From Clostridia bacterium (GTDB lineage Bacteria > Bacillota > Clostridia > TANB77 > RGIG9151), in NCBI GenBank assembly GCA_017934955.1, contig JAGBIO010000035.1, positions 32,057 through 64,056 of the forward strand: a stretch of DNA of 32,000 nucleotides, written 5' to 3'. Each line of letters begins with the position of its first letter. The stretch's first letter is position 1. Under the pieces are notes generated by a model. The model had not been told where the DNA came from. It saw only the letters and a list, made by a program, of their open reading frames with translations, and made no database searches. Positions 6,272 through 13,350 of this stretch are shown here, piece after piece. The translations under genes were made by a program, and so were the position numbers.

Positions 6272-8177
6272 AATTGTCTTCCAACTCCTCCATCCAAATG
6301 CGATAACAAGCATCACTCGGCATCCGCCAGTCTCCTCTTGGAGACAAGGAAACCGAACCCACTTTCGGACCATCCGGCACACAGCTTCTTTTAAACTGAC
6401 TGTTAAAGAATCTTCTGTAAAAATCTTTTAGCCACTTCCGAATTGTCTCTTCTTCATAAACACCTTCAAAAGCAATTTTGGCAATTCTTAAAACCTTCTT
6501 CGCCGAAAATCCAAACCGCACCACATAGTACAGGAAAAAGTCATGCAACTCATACGGTCCCACAATTTCCTCGGTTTTTTGCGAAATCGTCTCCCCCGGT
6601 AATAATTCCGGACTAATCGGAGTCGCTAAAATATCTGCCAAAACTGCCTTAACTGCCTCGTTTTCCGTTTCATGCTCCGCATAAAACTCTACCATATACC
6701 GAATCAACGTCTTCGGTACCGAGCAATTCACGCCATACATCGACATATGGTCTCCGTTATAAGTTGACCACCCAAGCGCCATCTCAGAAAGGTCTCCCGT
6801 ACCGATTACAATTCCACCTCTCTGATTCGCCAAATCCATCAAAACCTGCGTTCTCTCCCGCGCCTGTGCATTCTCATAGGTCACATCATAACAATCTTTT
6901 TTCTGCCCGATATCCTTAAAATGTGACAATACCGAATCTTTAATATCAATATTGCGGAAAGTCACACCCAATTCTGTCGCTAATTCTTCCGCATTTCTCC
7001 TTGTCCTGTCACTTGTCCCGAAGCACGGCATCGTCACTGCCAAAATATCCTGCGTATTCCGTCCCAAAAGTTTCATCGCCATCACCGAAACCAATAACGC
7101 CAAACAGGAATCCAAACCGCCGGATAAACCAATCACAAGCGATTTCGCCGAAATATGCTCAATCCGCTTCGTCAACGCATTTGACTGCATTGCAAGAATA
7201 TCCCGACAATGCAAATCTCTTTCTTCTTTTTCCGCCGGAAGAAACGGAAGCTTCGAAAAGGTTCTCGTCAATTCTGTCTCTTCCGCTTCCATATGAAACG
7301 AAATGACTTTATACTCACTCGATGACTTTGCCTCAAAACTGCTGTTTTTTCTACGTTCATTCTCTAACTTCTTCACATCTATCTCACTAATGATGTAGCT
7401 TTCGGAAAACAACTTACTCTCCGCCAAAATACCGCCATTCTCCGCAATCAAATTGTGTCCCGCAAACACCATATCCGTCGTCGATTCTCCCTTTCCGGCA
7501 TCCGCATAAATATATCCGCAATTTAACCGTCCGGAAGTAGCACTCACCAAAAGCCGCCTATAATCTGCCTTTCCCACCACTTCATTGCTCGCCGAAAGAT
7601 TTACAATTATCGTCGCACCGTTTAACGTATGCCCCACCGATGGCGAAATCGGTGCCCATAAATCTTCACAAATCTCTACCGCAAAACGAAATCCCGGTAC
7701 CTCTTCACACGCAAACAACAAATTCTTTCCAAAAGCAACTTTCTCACTTTGAAACATAATTTCTGAATTTTCCGAAAAAGCCGGAGTAAAATACCGCTTC
7801 TCATAAAACTCGTTATAATTCGGCAAATATGACTTAGGAATCAAACCTAATAATTTCCCGCCATAAATTACAGCTGCTGTATTATAAAGCTTACCTCTAT
7901 AAGAAAACGGAAGTCCCACAACCGCTATAACCTTTGTATCCGCCGTCATCTTTAACAACGCATCAAGTGCAGACATGCTCCTTTCGATCAACGCTTCTTG
8001 AAAAAACAAATCTCCACAAGTATAACCGGTAATCGTCAACTCAGGAAATACCGCTAACCTTACTCTCTTCTCATTCAATTCATGTATTAACTCATTTACT
8101 TTCAGAATATTAAACTCCACATCAGCCACTCTCACCTTCAGGGTAACAGCAGCTACCTTTATAAACCCATCTTTCAT
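6270..8177 (-). CDS. nadE: Glutamine-dependent NAD+ synthetase
   Basis: An N-terminal nitrilase/CN-hydrolase domain (FPELTITGY, EICEDLW) is followed by a C-terminal NAD synthetase domain (GLSGGLDS P-loop). ATG at 8177 follows AAGGAGAG. Confidence 0.9.
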   Translation of the reverse strand: MKDGFIKVAAVTLKVRVADVEFNILKVNELIHELNEKRVRLAVFPELTITGYTCGDLFFQEALIERSMSALDALLKMTADTKVIAVVGLPFSYRGKLYNTAAVIYGGKLLGLIPKSYLPNYNEFYEKRYFTPAFSENSEIMFQSEKVAFGKNLLFACEEVPGFRFAVEICEDLWAPISPSVGHTLNGATIIVNLSASNEVVGKADYRRLLVSATSGRLNCGYIYADAGKGESTTDMVFAGHNLIAENGGILAESKLFSESYIISEIDVKKLENERRKNSSFEAKSSSEYKVISFHMEAEETELTRTFSKLPFLPAEKEERDLHCRDILAMQSNALTKRIEHISAKSLVIGLSGGLDSCLALLVSVMAMKLLGRNTQDILAVTMPCFGTSDRTRRNAEELATELGVTFRNIDIKDSVLSHFKDIGQKKDCYDVTYENAQARERTQVLMDLANQRGGIVIGTGDLSEMALGWSTYNGDHMSMYGVNCSVPKTLIRYMVEFYAEHETENEAVKAVLADILATPISPELLPGETISQKTEEIVGPYELHDFFLYYVVRFGFSAKKVLRIAKIAFEGVYEEETIRKWLKDFYRRFFNSQFKRSCVPDGPKVGSVSLSPRGDWRMPSDACYRIWMEELEDN

Positions 8178-8242
8178 AATATCTCTCCTTAGCATACCCT
8201 CAATTATTCTGCCATAATCTCTTTATATTTTAACATAATATA

Positions 8243-8293
8243 TATAAAAATAAAAGAGAAAACTTCCCCGCTTTCACGAGGAAGTTTTCTCTT
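8243..8293 (-). terminator. Rho-independent terminator of the 9239-8292 operon
   Basis: On the minus strand: AGAGAAAACTTCC-loop-GGAAGTTTTCTCT followed by TTTATTTTTAT. Confidence 0.7.
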
Positions 8294-9002
8294 AAAGACT
8301 AATCTTCATCTTAAAGTGAATCAGCCCGTTTTCGTTTGGATGTACTACGGAAGTGCACCAATGAAAGAATCCGGTATTCTTTAAATTAGTGCAAATATTA
8401 TCGCCTACCGCTTTCAAAAGTTCCTCCGGCTGTGTAGAAACATTAACCGAAAACTTAAATACAACAGTTTTCTTCATCTCGATCTTCATCTCAGCAATCT
8501 TTTCATAAATCTTATCACAAACAGTACTCAAAACGTAGTCATACGTCCTTGCGAAATTCTCATCCATTCGTTCCTTAACAGCTCGACAAATCTCCGAATC
8601 CCATTCCGGCAAATCAGGTATCTCGAACGGTTTTCCAAAATACGGACAAATTTTATCATCCGTTTCGCACCACATAAGTCGTACTCCGGAAACATTAATA
8701 AACTTCGTCTTTGACTTATATTTCTTCCACCATTCTTGCAACAACGTATTCAATTCTACATCGTCAAGCCTTCGACCGCCAAATTCCGCAAAAAATCTTT
8801 GCGACGATTGCACGACTTCACGCTCTTTGCCGGAAGCATAATTTACCGCAATCGCTTCTTTCAATTCGGGAAAAATGCTATCCAGTTGCTTGTCAAACTG
8901 CTCCATCACACACTTTTTAAATTCCGGTTCTTTTTCCTCAAAAAACTTCACTGCCTCATTCATAAAGTTAAAAAGTTCCGAATACTTTTCAGTCTGCGAC
9001 AT
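8292..9002 (-). CDS. Hypothetical protein (236 aa), no recognisable domain
   Basis: ATG at 9002 sits 9 nt after AAGGAGG. The frame looks protein-like, and it is co-oriented with and tightly linked to the upstream small ORF. Confidence 0.7.
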   Translation of the reverse strand: MSQTEKYSELFNFMNEAVKFFEEKEPEFKKCVMEQFDKQLDSIFPELKEAIAVNYASGKEREVVQSSQRFFAEFGGRRLDDVELNTLLQEWWKKYKSKTKFINVSGVRLMWCETDDKICPYFGKPFEIPDLPEWDSEICRAVKERMDENFARTYDYVLSTVCDKIYEKIAEMKIEMKKTVVFKFSVNVSTQPEELLKAVGDNICTNLKNTGFFHWCTSVVHPNENGLIHFKMKISL

Positions 9003-9017
9003 TTTCAACGTCCTCCT

Positions 9018-9239
9018 TCACCAGCGAAGCCGAATTTCAAAGTCCAAGGCAAACCCGTCCTCTTTCCTCCTCAGTTCATACATCACAGAAAAAGGCTCCA
9101 ATTGTTTACTTACCTCGTCACCAACCGCATCGACAATATCAGATGAGCAGCGGAAAAAACCAACTTCCGTACAATACGTCTGAAAGGGATTAAGCGTTTT
9201 TGCCATCTTAATAATCTGTGGTTTAAGCTCCTCTGTCAA
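9018..9239 (-). CDS. Hypothetical small protein (73 aa from TTG, or 62 aa from ATG at 9206)
   Basis: Its TGA stop overlaps the Shine-Dalgarno of the next gene. It shares the short motifs GFF[RH][CW], AVGD[EN] and a terminal beta-like strand with the C-terminus of the 8292-9002 product. The start is uncertain. Confidence 0.5.
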   Translation of the reverse strand: MTEELKPQIIKMAKTLNPFQTYCTEVGFFRCSSDIVDAVGDEVSKQLEPFSVMYELRRKEDGFALDFEIRLRW

Positions 9240-9393
9240 ACGCTTCCGATTCTACTTTCATGTTACATCCTCACTTTCATCAACGTCCATAGCAAGAAGT
9301 TCTCTTACTATTCTTCCAAAATGCGACAACATTATTAATATATCACGTTCTATATATTATGTCAAACTTTGCATCACTCACACTTCACTTTCT

Positions 9394-9637
9394 GTTACTG
9401 CTCAGACTATATCCTCCTACAACGATGGTACAACCATTGTACGGACAGCATTTATGCTGTCCTGCTTTCTGCCTTTTCTGTGGACAGCATGGCAGTCAAA
9501 ACTTCCCAATCACTTCGTTCTTGGAGTTTCTTTGCACAGGACGTACAAGCCATTCACTTCGTTCATGGTGTTACGTCCGCGAATGCTGTCCCTACAGGGT
9601 TTGCGCCTTCTCTATAAATTTGATTCTGACCCGTAAC
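9394..9637. repeat. Repeat family 1 element carrying a nested family 3 module
   Basis: GTTACTGCTCAGACTATAT...GGACAGCAT-TT-ATGCTGTCC (9443-9462)...GGACAGCAT(9482-9490)[92-nt insert]ATGCTGTCC(9583-9591)...TCTATAAATTTGATTCTGACCCGTAAC. Confidence 0.88.
9491..9582 (-). repeat. Repeat family 3 module, copy B, inserted in the loop of a family 1 hairpin
   Basis: The reverse complement reads TCGCGGACGTAACACCAT[GAACGAAGTGA]ATGGCTTGTACGTCCTGTGCAAAGAAACTCCAA[GAACGAAGTGA]TTGGGAAGTTTTGACTGCC. Confidence 0.85.
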
Positions 9638-11537
9638 CACTTTCTACCTCTCTTTTGACACGGTTTCCTTTTTTCATCTCATCTGTCGGTGGTGTAAACT
9701 CACCATCTGGCGGTGTTTCTCTCATTCCTTTGTTTCCGCCAAAACCGCCTCCGCCAAAAGAACCTCTTCCGCTTTCGGCGCCTTCCTCATAAGCCTTTGT
9801 TATTCGACCGCTTATTGTAAATTCCATCACCTTGGTATCTCCTCGATAGAAGGAATATGTCTCACCTTCTTTTAATAATTCCGACGAAATTATCAAGGAC
9901 TGATACGCTTTTTTTGGTGAATAAGTTACCAAAATTCCACCTTCTGCATCTCGAATCGATGCTTCCCTTTCTGTCGCCTGTGAACCTGCTAAAAACAACA
10001 TGACAGAATTTTGTGAAGAACTTTCCGAAGGCGTTTGTGCCATTCCCGAACTTCCTGCTGCAATTAAAGTTCCGCCGGTAATTTCAAACACTCGATCATA
10101 ATCCAATGCCCCATTTCCGCTATTCGTCGGTCCATTCACCGTCACAAAACCACCCGACATATACGCCGAACCATTCACGTCAATTCCATCTCCCGACGCA
10201 TTAACGGAAATAATACCGCCACTAATCAATAATTTGTTTTCTCCTTCGGTATCGGTAAAACGATTCTGTCCCGGTCGTCCGTTAACAGAAGAAGCATCCA
10301 TACCGCCGGATACAATGATTCCGTCATCCGACGAAACCACTGTAATCTCTCCGCCGGAAATCGCAATGGAATTGCTCTCAATTCCTTCATAACTCTTATT
10401 TATCTGAATTTTCCCATCGGTAATCACAATCGCCGTATCCGCATGAATTCCGTCATCTCCCGAAGACGCAACAATCACGCCGTTATTGATAATCACCGTA
10501 TGATTACTATGAATCGAATCATCCAAAGAATCCAGTAAAAATGTTCCGCCGGTAATTAAAATGCTTTTTGATGCCTTTATCGCTTTATAGCTTCCTTCAT
10601 TCGTCTCTACCGCTTGTGTTTCTCTTCGTCCTGACATGCTATCCTGTTTCACAGCGGCTTTCTCACTGCCACCACCGGTTGTAACAGAAATTTCTCCTCC
10701 GGTAATAATTACATCGGTACTTGCTTGAATTCCATCGGATCCCGCTACAATCGAAATCTTTCCGCCATCAATTGCTATAAAACCTTTCTCTTCCGACTCG
10801 CTATTGGTAGATTTCATTCCGTCTCCGCCGGAAACGATTGAAATTGTCGCATCTTTTACCTGTAAATCATCTTTTCCCACAATTCCGTCATTCACTGCAT
10901 TTACCGAAATCTCTCCGCCGACAACTTTCAAAGAATCCTTTCCCTGAATTCCGTTATTGTACGTCGCATTTACCGCCAATTTTCCTGTACCGTTTATCGT
11001 AAAATCTGCTTTGCTGTAAATCGCCGCCGTCGTTTCATCACCTTCTGCTCTTGTTGCCGCATCGGTAATTATATTCGTCGTACCATCCGCTAACGAAAGA
11101 ATCACCTTTTCCGCCGACACAACTGAAATCGGTGCCGTTGAACCACTGCTAAGCGTTACTCCGTCAAGCAATAACGTCACAACATCATTTTCCTTCGCAT
11201 TTACAACAATCTGCCCATCTGTTAAACTGCCAATCACCCGATAAGTTCCTGCCGTTGTAATTTCCGCCGTATTTCCGTTCACTTTCACCTTACTGTCGGT
11301 AACCGATAGCGAAGTATTCTCCAAACGAATCTCGGTATATTCTTTTTCCTCCCAAGAAGAATCAAAGGTGTCATTCTCTTCAAAAGCAATCATATCCGTC
11401 GAAATAGAGGTATCTCCGTCAATCGACGCAAGCATATCTCCCGTAATATCTCCGGTTGCACTATCTTTCTTCTTACAAGCCGTCACAAAACAAATCAATA
11501 CCAGTAACGCCAAAATCAATCCCAATCTTTTTTTCAT
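9612..11537 (-). CDS. Lipoprotein with a parallel beta-helix-like repeat region (Cthe_2159-type carbohydrate-binding domain family)
   Basis: The signal peptide has a lipobox (LICFVTAC). Repetitive GG.I.V....DGI motifs are typical of right-handed beta-helices. ATG at 11537 is preferred because AGGTGA lies upstream. The last 8 codons and the stop lie inside the repeat at 9394-9637. Confidence 0.75.
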   Translation of the reverse strand: MKKRLGLILALLVLICFVTACKKKDSATGDITGDMLASIDGDTSISTDMIAFEENDTFDSSWEEKEYTEIRLENTSLSVTDSKVKVNGNTAEITTAGTYRVIGSLTDGQIVVNAKENDVVTLLLDGVTLSSGSTAPISVVSAEKVILSLADGTTNIITDAATRAEGDETTAAIYSKADFTINGTGKLAVNATYNNGIQGKDSLKVVGGEISVNAVNDGIVGKDDLQVKDATISIVSGGDGMKSTNSESEEKGFIAIDGGKISIVAGSDGIQASTDVIITGGEISVTTGGGSEKAAVKQDSMSGRRETQAVETNEGSYKAIKASKSILITGGTFLLDSLDDSIHSNHTVIINNGVIVASSGDDGIHADTAIVITDGKIQINKSYEGIESNSIAISGGEITVVSSDDGIIVSGGMDASSVNGRPGQNRFTDTEGENKLLISGGIISVNASGDGIDVNGSAYMSGGFVTVNGPTNSGNGALDYDRVFEITGGTLIAAGSSGMAQTPSESSSQNSVMLFLAGSQATEREASIRDAEGGILVTYSPKKAYQSLIISSELLKEGETYSFYRGDTKVMEFTISGRITKAYEEGAESGRGSFGGGGFGGNKGMRETPPDGEFTPPTDEMKKGNRVKREVESGYGSESNL

Positions 11538-11546
11538 TTTCTTCAC

Positions 11547-12215
11547 CTATAATTCCTCTCTTGAAGTCCGTTGTCTGCAACACATCACCGTCAAATTTCC
11601 ATTCCGACAACGAATTTCATCAATAAACTCTTTTTCCTTTTGTTCATCCAATAACTCAATTTCATAATAAAGTTCAAACATACTCCCCATGTTGGTTGTC
11701 TTCACCTTTAATAAAGTACTGCTCTTGGTAAATTTCTGAAAAATATCATCAAAAACATGCGTATAATTCAAATTTTCCGGAATCACAATTTTCAATTCCT
11801 TCTTACCAACCGTATCGCCGGCAAAATTTGTTTTCGCCAAAATCAATAAAACCACACAAATCAATAAAGTTACTACTGCTGCAAATCCGATATAACCTAC
11901 TCCACAAGCAAGCCCTACCGCCATCGCAAAAAATATGGAACAAATCTCCTTTGAACTTCCGGGAACCGAACGAAAGCGAACTAAGCTAAACGCACCCACA
12001 ACTGCCACACCGGTACCCAAATTTCCATTTACCATCATAATCACAATTCCTACCAATGCCGGAAGTAAAACCAAAGAAACCGCCATACTCTTCGTATGCT
12101 GCTCGCCGGAATTAATATACGTCAGCGAAATAATCAATCCTAACAACACCGCCGTACTGATACAAGCCAACACACCATATACATTCATTCCGTTTGTTAA
12201 CACATTATAAAACAT
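11547..12215 (-). CDS. DUF4956-type membrane protein
   Basis: It has about four N-terminal transmembrane segments plus a soluble C-terminal domain. Its position between the VTC-domain gene and the beta-helix lipoprotein matches a gene neighbourhood I recall for this family. The stop abuts the next gene. Confidence 0.7.
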   Translation of the reverse strand: MFYNVLTNGMNVYGVLACISTAVLLGLIISLTYINSGEQHTKSMAVSLVLLPALVGIVIMMVNGNLGTGVAVVGAFSLVRFRSVPGSSKEICSIFFAMAVGLACGVGYIGFAAVVTLLICVVLLILAKTNFAGDTVGKKELKIVIPENLNYTHVFDDIFQKFTKSSTLLKVKTTNMGSMFELYYEIELLDEQKEKEFIDEIRCRNGNLTVMCCRQRTSREEL

Positions 12216-12267
12216 CTTCTTCTCTCACCCTTCTTTTTAAGACACTATATTTCCCTCATCATATCAT

Positions 12268-12978
12268 TTATCCCACTACAGCCTCTGCTAAATCATTTGC
12301 ATATACTCTGCCATACTTTGAGAAAGAAATCGGATAAATCTGCAACTCGGATAAAATATGCACTAACCACAACGGCATCGCATCTCCCGACTTAATCTCC
12401 ATCAAATATTCTCCTTCCTTCAACAATGCTTCTCCATAATCTCCGTAAGCTAAATCCAAGTCATACTCCCGACTGCGAATATTCGAATCAAAAGTAATCC
12501 TTAAAGAATCTCCTTCTTTCTCTCGATACGCAATCCGATCATACGCCAAATACAACTTTTTCTCCGGTTGGTAATAATCTAAGAAATAGTCAATTTCCTT
12601 CAAAATCTGCGAATAACAAGCCGGTTTCTTTCTCGTCTCTAAATATTTTCCCGCTTCTTCTGCCGTCATTGCCACTCGTCGTTTATACACCGTACCGTAA
12701 CACTTCTTCTTCACTTCCAAAAAGACTGTCGAATCCTCCTTCGGAATCCCGTAACTACGTAACCGTAACTTTTCCTTGTAAGGAGGTTTATCTAATGAAT
12801 TTCGAATCAAATCATAATGTTCCGTATCAAAATAAATATTGCAAATCGTCGTCAATCCATAAGAATCCGTCTTCATATAAGGTTCAATCTCCTCCAAAAA
12901 CGCAAAATATTTGTCCTCACTCAAAAGATACTTCTTCTCAACCCTCTGAAAAATATAAGTCGTCTCAATTTTTTTCAT
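12268..12978 (-). CDS. VTC-domain (polyphosphate polymerase / CYTH-like tunnel) protein
   Basis: Motifs are characteristic of bacterial VTC-domain proteins: an N-terminal RVEKKYLL, ICNIYFDT, KLRLRSY, FLEVKKK and EIK. Confidence 0.8.
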   Translation of the reverse strand: MKKIETTYIFQRVEKKYLLSEDKYFAFLEEIEPYMKTDSYGLTTICNIYFDTEHYDLIRNSLDKPPYKEKLRLRSYGIPKEDSTVFLEVKKKCYGTVYKRRVAMTAEEAGKYLETRKKPACYSQILKEIDYFLDYYQPEKKLYLAYDRIAYREKEGDSLRITFDSNIRSREYDLDLAYGDYGEALLKEGEYLMEIKSGDAMPLWLVHILSELQIYPISFSKYGRVYANDLAEAVVG

Positions 12979-13053
12979 TTTCCTAACCTCCTTCTGTTTT
13001 TATCTTACAAGAGATAAATGAGTGCTATTTGATAAGTTTCTGAAAATTAGGTG

Positions 13054-13084
13054 AAAAAAAGAGTACTAAACCGAAGTTTAATAC
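13054..13084 (-). terminator. Rho-independent terminator of the repeat-protein operon
   Basis: On the minus strand: GTATTAAAC-TTCG-GTTTAGTAC followed by TCTTTTTTT. The G-U wobble forms only on the minus-strand transcript. Confidence 0.75.
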
Positions 13085-13125
13085 CCTTACTTAAATCACT
13101 TTTCCTGCCTATTATCACAGAATTC

Positions 13126-13332
13126 TTATTCTGCTAAAAACTCTTTCATCAACCCAATCTGCTTTTCTGTCGTTTCTATTTTCTGCTGAACCCGCTCTAA
13201 TTGTGCAGTACAAAGTTGTAAAATCAGTTTCTTTGTATCAACGTCAATCTCGCTTAAGTCTATTTCCCCTTTCATATACCCGTTCAACAAATCTAACGCC
13301 TTTTGTTTTTGAACATTTATATTTTCTTTCAC
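13126..13332 (-). CDS. Small coiled-coil protein (68 aa), partner of the repeat protein
   Basis: A GTG start sits 8 nt after GGAGGT, and that Shine-Dalgarno overlaps the stop of the upstream gene. It shares a KGEIDL motif with the upstream protein's C-terminal domain. Confidence 0.6.
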   Translation of the reverse strand: MKENINVQKQKALDLLNGYMKGEIDLSEIDVDTKKLILQLCTAQLERVQQKIETTEKQIGLMKEFLAE

Positions 13333-13350
13333 TGTTTTTTACCTCCACTA

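Noticed and set aside
6952-7306. Plus-strand ORFs of 101-114 aa inside nadE, and similar antisense ORFs inside gyrB, capA, the HD-GYP gene and the SBP gene.
   Set aside because: They are fully embedded antisense to well-supported conserved genes, have no translation signals and have biased low-complexity composition.
9359-9658. ORFs of 60-99 aa lying entirely within repeat elements. These include the three ORFs between 9359 and 9658 listed in the track, plus 1444-1638, 1503-1831, 3246-3680, 4406-4672, 16902-17360 and 29022-29285.
   Set aside because: They are made of repeat or hairpin sequence, or are antisense to real genes. They lack ribosome-binding sites and have no coding-like composition.
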